Positions 30,395 through 40,801 of a stretch of DNA of 64,000 nt are shown here, piece after piece (within the stretch, counting starts at the first letter, position 1; each line of letters begins with the position of its first letter). The notes under the pieces were generated by a model that saw only the letters and a program-made list of their open reading frames with translations, had not been told where the DNA came from and searched no databases. The stretch is from Bacteroidota bacterium (GTDB lineage: Bacteria; Bacteroidota; Bacteroidia; AKYH767-A; 2013-40CM-41-45). The stretch spans positions 4,010-68,009 of the forward strand of contig JBDKJS010000083.1 in the NCBI GenBank assembly GCA_039806065.1. Reading direction: 5' to 3'. A program made the position numbers and the translations under genes.

Positions 30395-30754
30395 TTACCT
30401 AATGCTCACTGTTTCATAAACAGTCTCCCCCTCTTTGAGTCTAATAAACCCTTTGGCGGTATCACCACTTTTGATTGCTTCAATATTTAGGTAGGCCTCA
30501 AGTTGAAATACAAATTCAGTTTTTCCGAATTGATCGCTTGTTTTAGTTACACGTACATTGCTTTGGGTATAATACTGCTGATTAATACTTGTATCCTGCC
30601 ACAAGGTAACGGTAGCTCCCTTAATAAAATTACCAAGACTATCTCTTACCTCAACTACTGCTTTAGTATCTCCCTTTTTCTTGCAGCCTAAATTAAAAAA
30701 AACCAATACCATTGGTATTGTTGCTGCCAATAATATAATTCTTAAATTTCTCAT
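30395..30754 (-). CDS. Small lipoprotein of unknown function
   Basis: Signal peptide with lipobox (VFFNLGCKKK). Confidence 0.55.
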   Translation of the reverse strand: MRNLRIILLAATIPMVLVFFNLGCKKKGDTKAVVEVRDSLGNFIKGATVTLWQDTSINQQYYTQSNVRVTKTSDQFGKTEFVFQLEAYLNIEAIKSGDTAKGFIRLKEGETVYETVSIR

Positions 30755-30805
30755 TGGTTATTCACTTAATACTGTCTAAGTTTGTAGTTCAAAGATAAAA
30801 ATAAT

Positions 30806-31657
30806 ATGCGATATATTACTTATACGTTAGCATTATTGCTTACAGTTACATTGGTTAAGGCTGAAGATAAAAAGGGAACAGGCCCAATTGTTGAAATAAC
30901 CACAGATTATGGGGTTATGCACTTACAGCTATTTGATGCCACACCAAAACATCGAGACAATTTTTTGAAGCTGGCAGGCGAAGGTTTTTTTGATAGTTTG
31001 CTCTTCCACCGAGTAATTGAAAATTTTATGATCCAAGGTGGTGACCCTCAAAGTAAAAATGCTGCACCGGGCATTCCATTAGGCAATGGCGATGTAGGTT
31101 ATACTATTCCTGCAGAGTTTGTAGACAGCCTTTTTCATCAGAAGGGGGCACTGTGTGCTGCCCGCACTGAAAATCCAGAAAAGGCTAGTAGTGGCTGCCA
31201 ATTTTATATTGTACAGGGCAAGAAAGCTACTGATCAAGAGTTAGATAATATCGAACGCAACATCAATCAAGGCAGTAAGTCGCAACAGTTGTTTCAACAA
31301 ATCATTAACCGCCCTGAAAATTCAGCCTTAAAAGAAAAATTTGTTGGCTTTCAACAGGGCAATCAACGCGACAGTTTAAATGCGCTAATTACCAATGTAA
31401 TTCAACCAATGATTACTAGTGAATTGAAGCCATTCAAATATTCAGCAGCACAAAGAGAAATTTACAAAACAATAGGTGGCACTCCATTTCTAGATCAAAA
31501 CTATACAGTGTATGGCCAAGTGATAGATGGATTTGAAGTAATAGACAAAATAGCGGCTGTACAAAAAGGCCAAGCCGATAGACCTGTTACTGACACTAGG
31601 ATGAAAGTGAAGATTCTTGATAACAAAGAAGGGGCAAAGAAAAAAGAAAAAAAATAA
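30806..31657 (+). CDS. Cyclophilin-type peptidyl-prolyl cis-trans isomerase (periplasmic)
   Basis: FHRVIENFMIQGGDP cyclophilin signature. N-terminal signal peptide. Confidence 0.9.
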   Translation: MRYITYTLALLLTVTLVKAEDKKGTGPIVEITTDYGVMHLQLFDATPKHRDNFLKLAGEGFFDSLLFHRVIENFMIQGGDPQSKNAAPGIPLGNGDVGYTIPAEFVDSLFHQKGALCAARTENPEKASSGCQFYIVQGKKATDQELDNIERNINQGSKSQQLFQQIINRPENSALKEKFVGFQQGNQRDSLNALITNVIQPMITSELKPFKYSAAQREIYKTIGGTPFLDQNYTVYGQVIDGFEVIDKIAAVQKGQADRPVTDTRMKVKILDNKEGAKKKEKK

Positions 31658-31701
31658 CAAAACGTTATCATTAATACTATACACTTTTATACAAGACTAT
31701 T

Positions 31702-32730
31702 TTGCAAGACTTAGACAAAATATTATCCGACATTGATCAAGCTTCCTTCACGAGTGCCGAAGAATTAGAATTGTTTCGATTAAAATATTTGAGTAAAAAG
31801 GGGATACTTACCGACCTTTTTTCAAACCTCAAAGAGGTAGCACCAGAATTAAAAAAAGCTTATGGGCAGCAAGTAAATGCAATAAAACAAGCAGCAGAAG
31901 CCAAGTATGGATCGCTCAAAGACTCTTTTGAAAATTCTTCAAAGGTTACCGCAGCCCTAGATCTAAGTTTACCAGCCAGCCCCAGTCAATTAGGCAGTTT
32001 GCATCCGATTACTAAAGTTAAAAAACACTTACTCAGCATCTTTGAGGCCATTGGTTACCAAGTAGCAGAGGGCCCAGAAATAGAAGATGATTGGCATAAT
32101 TTTACTGCTTTAAATTTTCCAGAAAACCACCCTGCCCGTGATATGCAAGACACATTTTTTCTTGCTAATCAAAATGTGGATGGAGGTCCATTTGCACTGC
32201 GCACACATACCAGCAGTGTTCAAGTGCGAATAATGGAGACCCAACAACCGCCCATTCGCATATTGGCACCTGGACGTGTATATAGGAATGAAGCCATTAG
32301 TGCCAGAGCACATTGTTTTTTTCATCAAGTAGAAGGATTGTACATTGATAAAGGTGTTTCTTTTGCTGACTTAAAACAAACTTTACTTCATTTTGCTCGT
32401 GAAATGTTTGGCGAAAAAACAAAAATCAGATTGCGGCCTTCCTATTTTCCATTTACTGAACCAAGTGCCGAAATGGACATCAGCTGTTTCTTTTGTAATC
32501 AAGAAGGGTGCAATATATGCAAACACAGTGGATGGGTTGAAATATTAGGATGTGGTATGGTGGACCCTGAAGTTCTTAAAAATTGCAATATAGATCCTAA
32601 CATTTACACCGGTTTTGCATTTGGCATGGGCATCGAAAGGATAACCATGCTAAAATATCAAATTAACGACTTAAGAATTTTTTCAGAAAACGATATTCGT
32701 TTTTTGAAACAGTTTAAGTCCGTTCAATAG
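31702..32730 (+). CDS. pheS: Phenylalanine--tRNA ligase alpha subunit
   Basis: Class II motifs (FRPSYFPFTEPSAE, GFAFGMGIERI). Likely TTG start. Confidence 0.9.
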   Translation: MQDLDKILSDIDQASFTSAEELELFRLKYLSKKGILTDLFSNLKEVAPELKKAYGQQVNAIKQAAEAKYGSLKDSFENSSKVTAALDLSLPASPSQLGSLHPITKVKKHLLSIFEAIGYQVAEGPEIEDDWHNFTALNFPENHPARDMQDTFFLANQNVDGGPFALRTHTSSVQVRIMETQQPPIRILAPGRVYRNEAISARAHCFFHQVEGLYIDKGVSFADLKQTLLHFAREMFGEKTKIRLRPSYFPFTEPSAEMDISCFFCNQEGCNICKHSGWVEILGCGMVDPEVLKNCNIDPNIYTGFAFGMGIERITMLKYQINDLRIFSENDIRFLKQFKSVQ

Positions 32731-32918
32731 CAAAACGCAAGTGTTGCTAAAAAACTGCGCCAGCTTGTGCGTAATTTAGACCTATGCCACACTCAAAAAA
32801 ATATTTGATTATAACCTATACCAATTGCACTTGTTTGATTACTCCCAATGTTATTAGCACAATAGCACTACTCACTTAATAGGCATCAAATCGATATTTT
32901 ATAACCTCGCACAACCAC

Positions 32919-33266
32919 ATGGCTTACAATGAAATTTTAGCTGAAAAAATACGAAGACACCTTTGTCATTTACCAGATGTAATTGAAAAACCTATGATGG
33001 GAGGCCTCACCTTTATGGTTGAAGGGAAGATGTGCATAGGTGTAATTAAAAATGAAATGATGTGCAGGATCGCACCCGATGATCATGCAGCAGCAGTAGA
33101 AATGCCAGGTTGCCGGAGTATGGATTTTACAAAACGTCCTATGGCAGGGTTTGTGATGATAGATGAGCCCACCACGCTAAACGATAGCCAATTTCAATAT
33201 TGGATTTCTCAAGCGCTTAGTTATAATCCAATGGCCAAGTCAAGTATCAAGAAAAAAAAGAAATAA
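32919..33266 (+). CDS. TfoX/Sxy N-terminal-domain family protein
   Basis: MMGGLTFMVEGKMCIGV motif typical of the TfoX_N domain. Confidence 0.55.
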   Translation: MAYNEILAEKIRRHLCHLPDVIEKPMMGGLTFMVEGKMCIGVIKNEMMCRIAPDDHAAAVEMPGCRSMDFTKRPMAGFVMIDEPTTLNDSQFQYWISQALSYNPMAKSSIKKKKK

Positions 33267-33291
33267 AATGATACTGAGTAATATTCATTGA

Positions 33292-33948
33292 CTATCCCAC
33301 CTGTGCAATCACGGTTTTGCCACCAATTACTTTTTGATTTAATACCACATCGACAGGTGTGCCTAGCGGTAGAAAAATATCAACCCTGCTTCCAAATTTA
33401 ATGAAGCCCATTTCTTCGCCTTGCTTTACCATTAAACCTGCTTTGGCATACAGTACAATTCTACGGGCAAGTGCCCCCGCAATTTGACGAAACATAAACT
33501 GCTTTCCATTACCTGTTTCCATAACCATGGTAGTACGTTCATTTTCTGTACTACTCTTCGGATGCCAAGCCACTAAAAACTTGCCAGGATGATAGCGAGC
33601 AAAAATAATTTTACCACTCAGTGCGTATCGGTTTACATGGACATTGATTGGCGACATAAAAATGGAGACTTGTAATCTTTTATCTTTAAAAAATTCGGGT
33701 TCGTAGGTTTCTTCAATCACAACTACTTTACCATCGGCAGGTGCTATTAAATGATAATCACTTCTGGAGAGGTTGCGTTTGGGATTTCTAAAAAACTGAA
33801 GCACAGTGATCATTAAAAACACCGAAACTGCATAACTTAAATAATGTATCCAATTGATCGTATCGGTAAAATAATTGACTACCAGATTAAGCAATAGAAT
33901 AAAAACCAATGTAACTATAATAGTGGGGTAACCCTCTCTATGAATCAT
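33292..33948 (-). CDS. psd: Phosphatidylserine decarboxylase family protein (short Bacteroidetes type)
   Basis: N-terminal TM anchor. Conserved FGS(R/T)V self-cleavage-type motif (IKFGSRVDIFLP). Confidence 0.65.
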   Translation of the reverse strand: MIHREGYPTIIVTLVFILLLNLVVNYFTDTINWIHYLSYAVSVFLMITVLQFFRNPKRNLSRSDYHLIAPADGKVVVIEETYEPEFFKDKRLQVSIFMSPINVHVNRYALSGKIIFARYHPGKFLVAWHPKSSTENERTTMVMETGNGKQFMFRQIAGALARRIVLYAKAGLMVKQGEEMGFIKFGSRVDIFLPLGTPVDVVLNQKVIGGKTVIAQVG

Positions 33949-33970
33949 AACCGATATAAATTTTAAAAAA

Positions 33971-34288
33971 TTAAACTACTACTGCCGTGCCCGTGCATAT
34001 TACCATCAGCATACTACCACTTGCGCCTATTGTTTCGAAATCCAAATCAATTCCGATGATGGCATTTGCACCTAGTGCTATTGCTTTTTGTTGCAGTTCA
34101 CTCAAAGCTGTTTGACGAGCTTCTTCAAGCACCCTTTCATACGTGCCACTTCTCCCGCCAAAAAAATCGCGAAGGCCAGCAAAAATGTCTTTTACTACAT
34201 TGGCTCCAATAATTGTTTCTGCAGTTACAATTCCCAAATAACGTTGTACTGGTTTGCCATCAATGGCATTAGTGGTGGTAAGAATCAT
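33971..34288 (-). CDS. YbjQ/UPF0145 family protein
   Basis: Roughly 105 aa. Gly-rich pattern YLGIVTAETIIGANV...GANAIIGIDLDFE. Confidence 0.7.
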   Translation of the reverse strand: MILTTTNAIDGKPVQRYLGIVTAETIIGANVVKDIFAGLRDFFGGRSGTYERVLEEARQTALSELQQKAIALGANAIIGIDLDFETIGASGSMLMVICTGTAVVV

Positions 34289-34322
34289 GATAAATAATAT
34301 AATTACAAAAGATTATAAGCTA

Positions 34323-35624
34323 TTAATAATTGCCTCTGCTTTTTAATGCTTTACTTACTTTTTCCAATGCAAATATGTAGGCAGCTATTCTTAAGCTCAC
34401 TTTGTGCTTATGTGCTACTTGCCAAACATTTTCAAAAGCGCGACTCATACTATGATCAGCACGTTTATTAATTTCAGCCTCCGGATAATAGTAACCAAAT
34501 CTATTTTGGGTCCATTCAAAATAAGAAACGGTAACTCCGCCACCGTTTGCCAATATATCAGGTACCACATGAATCCCTTTTTTCATAAGAATCTCATCGG
34601 CACCGGCAGTAATGGGTCCATTAGCACCTTCTGCAATAAGCTGTGCCTTTATATCTTCAGCATTGGCACGGGTAATTACGTTTTCTAAAGCACAAGGAGC
34701 AAGAATATCCACATCAAGGGTAAGTAATTCTTCATTCCCAATTTCTTTACCTCCAGTAAATCCTTTGAGTACTCCGTTATTGTGATTTCTGTAAAGGATA
34801 GCATTATCTATACTGATGCCACGGGGGTTATAAAATGCTCCTGTGTGGTCGCTGATAGCAACAATCTTTATCCCAGCCTCATCCATATGTTTGGCAGTAA
34901 TAGAGCCTACATTACCAAACCCTTGTACTGCGGCAATTGCTTTTTTAGGATTCATCTTTATTTTTTTCATGGCCTCTAACGTGGCAGTGTTTACTCCACG
35001 GCCGGTAGCTTCCACCCTACCCTCACTACCGCCTAAATGTAATGGTTTACCGGTAACTACACCAGGTGTAAAGCCACCATTAAATTTTGAAAACTCATCA
35101 ACAATCCATGCCATTTCGCGCGGGCCGGTAGCCACATCGGGAGCCGGAATATCTTTATCAACGCCAAACACATCGCGCATGGCAGCAGTATAGGCCCTGG
35201 TCAAGCGTTCCAATTCGCCTTCGCTTAGCTTAGACGCATCCACGGTGATGCCTCCTTTGGCACCTCCATAGGGAATGTCGGCAATGGCGCACTTCCAAGT
35301 CATCCAAGCAGCCAATGCTTTAACTTCGTCCAAATTTACTTCGGGAGAATACCTAATGCCACCCTTGCTAGGACCGCGAGCTGTGCTGTGTACTATTCTA
35401 TAACCTTCAAATACTTTGGTCTTACCATTGTCCATTCTTACCGGAAGGCTAACTAAGTATTGGCGCTGTGGTGTTTTAAGAATATTATATAAATCTTGAT
35501 CTAGGTTAATGATTTGAGCTGCCACATCAAATCTTCTGATCATGCTTTCATAAGGATTGGTGGTATCTTTAGCTTGCATCGTGTTGGTTGATTTTTTTGC
35601 TTTTTCTTTTTCGGTAGAAATCAT
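34323..35624 (-). CDS. gdhA: Glu/Leu/Phe/Val family dehydrogenase (glutamate dehydrogenase)
   Basis: Catalytic K in PYGGAKGG. GFGNVG Rossmann motif. Confidence 0.9.
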   Translation of the reverse strand: MISTEKEKAKKSTNTMQAKDTTNPYESMIRRFDVAAQIINLDQDLYNILKTPQRQYLVSLPVRMDNGKTKVFEGYRIVHSTARGPSKGGIRYSPEVNLDEVKALAAWMTWKCAIADIPYGGAKGGITVDASKLSEGELERLTRAYTAAMRDVFGVDKDIPAPDVATGPREMAWIVDEFSKFNGGFTPGVVTGKPLHLGGSEGRVEATGRGVNTATLEAMKKIKMNPKKAIAAVQGFGNVGSITAKHMDEAGIKIVAISDHTGAFYNPRGISIDNAILYRNHNNGVLKGFTGGKEIGNEELLTLDVDILAPCALENVITRANAEDIKAQLIAEGANGPITAGADEILMKKGIHVVPDILANGGGVTVSYFEWTQNRFGYYYPEAEINKRADHSMSRAFENVWQVAHKHKVSLRIAAYIFALEKVSKALKSRGNY

Positions 35625-35881
35625 AACAGTACTGAATGTTAGGGAGGGCGAAGGTAATAATAGTTTTGTAATTTAGTTGAAAAAGGCGCTTGACCTACAA
35701 GGGCAAATGCATGGATTAACGCCCTTAAAATGAAACGATTGTAAAGAAATATAAGAATTATTAGCCTATCATAGATTAGCAAATTAATGACTACTTACCT
35801 TTGTAGCTTAAAGTCAATTAATTATAAAGAGAGGTATTCATTTTAATATGAAGTTTCATTTATATCACATCCATCAGTCAC

Positions 35882-36145
35882 ATGGCAAAAAGTAAAGACA
35901 ATTTGTTTTGGTACGCCATTGTATTGGTTTTGTTTATTATAATCTTTACTTCGTTTTTGCAAAGCGGTGGGTTCGTTGCTTCAAGCTCCACCTATGTGAG
36001 CCCAAGCATAGACTACCGTGGGAAGTATAGAAGTGGACATGTAAGAAAAGCAGTTAGTTCATCGCCCAACGCCATACAAAACCGTTTAAAAAACAAAGCA
36101 TACTATGAGAGGCGCGGAAAATACCTTCGAAAGCGAAAGAAATAA
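35882..36145 (+). CDS. Hypothetical small membrane protein with basic C-terminal tail
   Basis: ATG start, one TM helix (WYAIVLVLFIIIFTSFL), then KR-rich tail. Lies in the korA upstream region and may instead be non-coding leader. Confidence 0.3.
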   Translation: MAKSKDNLFWYAIVLVLFIIIFTSFLQSGGFVASSSTYVSPSIDYRGKYRSGHVRKAVSSSPNAIQNRLKNKAYYERRGKYLRKRKK

Positions 36146-36200
36146 TAAAACGGCAAGAAAAAATTTTAACTTTACACAATCTATTAATAGCAAAAAAAAT

Positions 36201-38039
36201 ATGCAGCAACAAAATACCGTACTTGAGCAAGTAATAATAAAATTTGCGGGTGATAGTGGTGATGGCATGCAGCTTACTGGTACCCAGTTTACCAACACGG
36301 CTGCCTTATTAGGCAATGACCTTAGTACATTTCCAGATTTTCCAGCCGAGATTCGTGCCCCACAAGGAACGCTGGCAGGGGTAAGTGGTTACCAATTGCA
36401 CTTCGGTAGTGTAGAAATATTTACTCCAGGCGATCATTGCGATGTATTGGTAGTGATGAATGCTGCAGCGCTAAAGGCCAATTTAAAACAACTAAGAAAA
36501 GGCGGAACAATCATTGCCAACACGGATGGATTTGATCCAAAAAATCTACGACTTGCCGGAGTAAGCGCTAGTGCACTAGAAGATGGTTCGCTTGATGGGT
36601 ATAAACTCATCACCATGGATGTAACCAAAATGACCCGCAATGCACTTCAAGAAAGTGGATTGGGAACGAAAGAAATTGATCGTTCTAAAAACATGTTTGT
36701 ATTAGGTTTTTTATATTGGATGTATAATAGAGACCTTAACCACACCTTACAGTTTCTTACTGAAAAATTTGGCAAGAAAAAAGAAATATTAGATGCTAAT
36801 ATAAAAGTACTACAAGCCGGGTTTAATTTTGGTGAAACAAGAGAGGAATCAGCCTCACGCTATATTGTAAATCCGGCCAAGATAACACCGGGCACTTACC
36901 GCAATATTATGGGAAACCAAGCCACTGCCCTGGGATTAATAGCAGCTGCCGAAAAATCTGGCTTAGAAATGTTCTATGGAACCTACCCTATAACGCCTGC
37001 CAGTGATATTTTGCACGAGCTATCCAAGCACAAAAATTTTGGTGTGAAAACATTTCAAGCTGAAGATGAGATAGCAGCTATATGTAGTGCAATAGGGGCA
37101 TCATTTGGAGGTTCGTTAGGCGTAACTGCAAGTAGTGGCCCTGGGATAGCGCTCAAAACGGAAGCAATGGGATTGGCATTAATGTTGGAGCTACCACTGG
37201 TAATCATTAACGTTCAACGGGGAGGGCCTAGCACCGGATTGCCAACCAAAACAGAACAAAGTGATTTGCTACAAGCATTGTATGGAAGAAATGGAGAAGC
37301 TCCCATTCCCGTTATAGCAGCAGCCACGCCAAGTGATTGCTTCTACATGGCATATGAAGCCTGTAGATTGGCCATCGAATTTATGACACCGGTAATATTA
37401 TTGAGCGATGGATATATTGCCAATGGGGCGGCACCATGGAGGTTTCCACAATCAAAAGATCTAACGCCAATAAAAGTAGAGTTCATTACAGAAAAAAACG
37501 GTGAGCTTAAATATTTACCTTACAAACGAAATGAAAAAAATTCTCGCCCTTGGGCCAAACCAGGCACACCTGGTTTAGAACATAGGATTGGTGGGTTAGA
37601 AAAACAGCACGAAACTGGTAACATAAGCTATGATGCAAACAATCATGAGTTTATGGTTCAATTACGAGAGAAAAAAGTTGAAGGCATTGCTGATTTTATT
37701 CCGGATCAAGAAATGGAAGTAGGTCCAACTACGGGGAAAGTGCTGGTACTAGGATGGGGCGGCACCCAAGGCGCAATAAAGAGTGCTGTGATTAAGGCAA
37801 GGGCTGAAGGTTATGAGGTGAGTCATGCTCACCTTCGGTATATCAAACCATTTCCAAAAAACCTTGGAGCATTACTATATGGTTTTGAAAAAGTAATCAT
37901 TCCCGAACTCAACAGTGGGCAGCTAGTAAAAGTGATACGTGACAAATACATGATACCAGCCATAGCATATAATAAAGTACAAGGTCTTCCCTTCAGTGCT
38001 GAAGAGCTTTACACAGCAATAAAAAATGTCATCCAATAA
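36201..38039 (+). CDS. korA: 2-oxoglutarate/2-oxoacid:ferredoxin oxidoreductase subunit alpha
   Basis: KFAGDSGDGMQLTG start typical of KorA. Internal ATG 36201 chosen. Confidence 0.85.
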   Translation: MQQQNTVLEQVIIKFAGDSGDGMQLTGTQFTNTAALLGNDLSTFPDFPAEIRAPQGTLAGVSGYQLHFGSVEIFTPGDHCDVLVVMNAAALKANLKQLRKGGTIIANTDGFDPKNLRLAGVSASALEDGSLDGYKLITMDVTKMTRNALQESGLGTKEIDRSKNMFVLGFLYWMYNRDLNHTLQFLTEKFGKKKEILDANIKVLQAGFNFGETREESASRYIVNPAKITPGTYRNIMGNQATALGLIAAAEKSGLEMFYGTYPITPASDILHELSKHKNFGVKTFQAEDEIAAICSAIGASFGGSLGVTASSGPGIALKTEAMGLALMLELPLVIINVQRGGPSTGLPTKTEQSDLLQALYGRNGEAPIPVIAAATPSDCFYMAYEACRLAIEFMTPVILLSDGYIANGAAPWRFPQSKDLTPIKVEFITEKNGELKYLPYKRNEKNSRPWAKPGTPGLEHRIGGLEKQHETGNISYDANNHEFMVQLREKKVEGIADFIPDQEMEVGPTTGKVLVLGWGGTQGAIKSAVIKARAEGYEVSHAHLRYIKPFPKNLGALLYGFEKVIIPELNSGQLVKVIRDKYMIPAIAYNKVQGLPFSAEELYTAIKNVIQ

Positions 38040-38078
38040 TTTCACTTATAAAACTGCCACAATATCAAATTAAAATAA

Positions 38079-39104
38079 ATGGAAGCAAGCCTAACACAAT
38101 ATACTTCAAAAGATTTAGCCACTGACCAAGATGTGAGGTGGTGCCCTGGTTGTGGCGATTATTCTATCTTAAAACAAGTTCAAACTGTAATACCAGATTT
38201 GGGAGTACCTCGTGAAAATATTGTTTTCATTAGTGGTATAGGCTGCAGCAGTCGTTTCCCCTATTATATGGAAACCTATGGGATGCACAGCATTCATGGC
38301 AGGGCCACAGCCATTGCAAGTGGCTTAAAGGCGGCTCGTCCAGAATTAAGTGTATGGCTGGTAACTGGCGATGGTGATGCCATGAGTATTGGTGGCAATC
38401 ATTTAATTCATCTATTAAGACGAAACTTTGATATAAACATATTAATGTTTAACAATCAAATATATGGTCTCACCAAGGGGCAATATTCACCCACTTCAGA
38501 GGAGGGTAAGGTTACAAAAAGTACACCCTATGGTTCACTAGATCATCCATTTAATCCATTGGCCCTTTGTATGGGTGCTGATGCAACTTTTGTAGCAAGG
38601 AGCATGGATCGCGATCCAAAGCATCTTCAGGCAATTCTTAAATTAGCCAATGCACATAAGGGAAGTAGCTTCGTAGAAATTTATCAGAACTGCAACGTAT
38701 TTAATGATGGTGCCTTTGAAATTTTCACTGAGAAGAGTAGCAAAAAACTTGAGACGCTTTTTATGGAAAGTGGAAAGCCATTACTATTTGGCGAACAACA
38801 AGAAAAGGGAATTAAGTTAGATGGATTCAAACCCGTAATAGTGGCAATGGATGAAGCAAACAGTGCCAATGATTGCTGGATACATGATGAAACCGATAGG
38901 GTTAAAGCAGGCATTTTAGCACGCTTCTTTGATGATCCAGCTACTGAGGGGCATTTGCCCCGACCATTTGGTGTATTTTACCAAGAGGCTCGTGCGACTT
39001 ATGAGCATAAATTAGCAGCACAAGTTACACAAACAACAGAAGCTAAAGGGAAAGGTGATTTAGACAAGTTGCTTCGGGGCCGTGAAACTTGGACCATTCA
39101 ATAA
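38079..39104 (+). CDS. korB: 2-oxoglutarate/2-oxoacid:ferredoxin oxidoreductase subunit beta (TPP-binding)
   Basis: WCPGCGD N-terminal Cys motif. TPP-binding GDGD...N region. Confidence 0.85.
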   Translation: MEASLTQYTSKDLATDQDVRWCPGCGDYSILKQVQTVIPDLGVPRENIVFISGIGCSSRFPYYMETYGMHSIHGRATAIASGLKAARPELSVWLVTGDGDAMSIGGNHLIHLLRRNFDINILMFNNQIYGLTKGQYSPTSEEGKVTKSTPYGSLDHPFNPLALCMGADATFVARSMDRDPKHLQAILKLANAHKGSSFVEIYQNCNVFNDGAFEIFTEKSSKKLETLFMESGKPLLFGEQQEKGIKLDGFKPVIVAMDEANSANDCWIHDETDRVKAGILARFFDDPATEGHLPRPFGVFYQEARATYEHKLAAQVTQTTEAKGKGDLDKLLRGRETWTIQ

Positions 39105-39349
39105 GATTACGCTCACTGAATAGATTCAGTAGTAACCATCAGATGTGAATGCAGCATGAGGCATGCCATCGCTGGCTTACCTGCAGCAGGATAGTATTAT
39201 CATTTGTTTTTATTGGAATAACTTCAATTACATAATTTATGTTAGAATTAACTGCGGGGTTGCTATGTTTTTATCATAAGAAAATTGTATACGTTTAGCA
39301 GATCAATTAAGTTTTTAATTTAGTGCGCTTATTTTAGTATCATTACGAC

Positions 39350-40798
39350 ATGCTATTCAGCTCATTAGTATTTCTATTTTTGTTTCTACCACTAACGCTG
39401 GCAGGCTACTATATAGTAAGCAAGCAAATAAAAAACTATTGGTTGCTACTAGCAAGTTTGGTATTTTTTGCTTGGGGTGGAATCAGCTTTACATTGATAC
39501 TGATAGGCTCTATTATTTTTAATTATACCATTGGTTTATTGATTCAAAAAAAGATTGAAAGTAGGGCTGGGTGTAATTGGTTGGTATTGGGTGTGGGCAT
39601 AAATTTATTGTGTTTGGCCATTTTTAAGTATTCCGATTTTTTAATTAGTAACTTGAATAAAGTAAATTCCTTTTTCTCACTTCCTCAGGCCAAACAGGCA
39701 AACATTGCGCTGCCAATTGGTATTTCGTTTTACACTTTCCATGCACTGTCTTACTTGGTAGATATTTACCGTAAGAAATCACTTGCGCAGCGTAATATTT
39801 TTGATTTAGCGCTATATATCAGCATGTTTTCTCAGTTAATAGCAGGCCCCATAGTTCGGTATAGCGATGTGTGGAACCAGCTCAGGGAAAGAATACACTC
39901 ATTAGCTAAATTTTCATCTGGAGTAGAGCGGTTTATAATTGGTTTAGGGAAAAAGGTACTCTTGGCAAATACATTTGGGCGAACTGCCGACTTGTTTTTC
40001 AGTAGCGATCTCTCAAATTTGGGTTATGTAAATGCATGGTTAGGAATTATATGTTACACCCTTCAAATTTATTACGACTTTGCTGGCTATTCTGATATGG
40101 CTATAGGATTAGGAAGAATGTTTGGATTTGAATTTTTAGAAAATTTTAATTTTCCATACGTGGCAAAATCGATTAAAGAGTTTTGGAGAAGGTGGCATAT
40201 TTCCTTGTCAACTTTTTTTAGAGATTATGTTTACATTCCTTTGGGTGGCAACCAAACTTCGACAAAAAAAACTTATTTGAATTTAATAATTGTTTTTTTT
40301 CTTACTGGTTTTTGGCACGGGGCTAGTTGGAATTTTATTCTTTGGGGAATGTTTCACGGTTTTTTTATGTTAATTGAAAAGATGGGATTAGAAAGGTTGC
40401 TACAAAAGACTTGGAGGCCAATTTCGATCTTTTATACTTGGTTGGTGGTGATGTTTGGTTGGGTGCTCTTTAGGGTTGACTATACCAAGCAAGCATGGCA
40501 ATATTGGAAAGAAATGTTTGATTTTAACTTTACCGATGAACAATACCTATTATTAATCAACCAACTGAACATTGAATTTTTTCTCGTCTTCAGTATAGGG
40601 TTATTGGGTTCATTGGGATTTTTTAAATATGTAGCTTCAGAAGTTCCAAAGTGGATAAAAATAGAATCGAAAAGTGGCAGGTGTTTGGTCTATACTTACC
40701 ACCTTACAGCGGTAATTATGTATGCTACCATTTTTATTTTATGTACGCTTTATTTAGTTGCGGGAACTTACAATCCATTTATTTACTATCGTTTTTGA
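39350..40798 (+). CDS. MBOAT family membrane-bound O-acyltransferase (AlgI/DltB/PatA-like)
   Basis: Polytopic membrane protein. Conserved catalytic His in FWRRWHISLSTFFRDYVY. Confidence 0.85.
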   Translation: MLFSSLVFLFLFLPLTLAGYYIVSKQIKNYWLLLASLVFFAWGGISFTLILIGSIIFNYTIGLLIQKKIESRAGCNWLVLGVGINLLCLAIFKYSDFLISNLNKVNSFFSLPQAKQANIALPIGISFYTFHALSYLVDIYRKKSLAQRNIFDLALYISMFSQLIAGPIVRYSDVWNQLRERIHSLAKFSSGVERFIIGLGKKVLLANTFGRTADLFFSSDLSNLGYVNAWLGIICYTLQIYYDFAGYSDMAIGLGRMFGFEFLENFNFPYVAKSIKEFWRRWHISLSTFFRDYVYIPLGGNQTSTKKTYLNLIIVFFLTGFWHGASWNFILWGMFHGFFMLIEKMGLERLLQKTWRPISIFYTWLVVMFGWVLFRVDYTKQAWQYWKEMFDFNFTDEQYLLLINQLNIEFFLVFSIGLLGSLGFFKYVASEVPKWIKIESKSGRCLVYTYHLTAVIMYATIFILCTLYLVAGTYNPFIYYRF

Positions 40799-40801
40799 TC
40801 C

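Noticed and set aside
35790-35810. TAccTTTG match to the Bacteroidetes -7 promoter consensus (TAnnTTTG) upstream of the korAB region
   Set aside because: No properly spaced -33 TTTG element was found upstream. A single 8-mer match is too weak to annotate.
36105-36200. N-terminal extension of the korA ORF (MRGAENTFESERNN...) suggested by the ORF track
   Set aside because: The extension starts at a non-ATG codon, overlaps the upstream small ORF, and lacks similarity to the KorA N-terminus. The internal ATG at 36201 gives the canonical KFAGDSGDG start.
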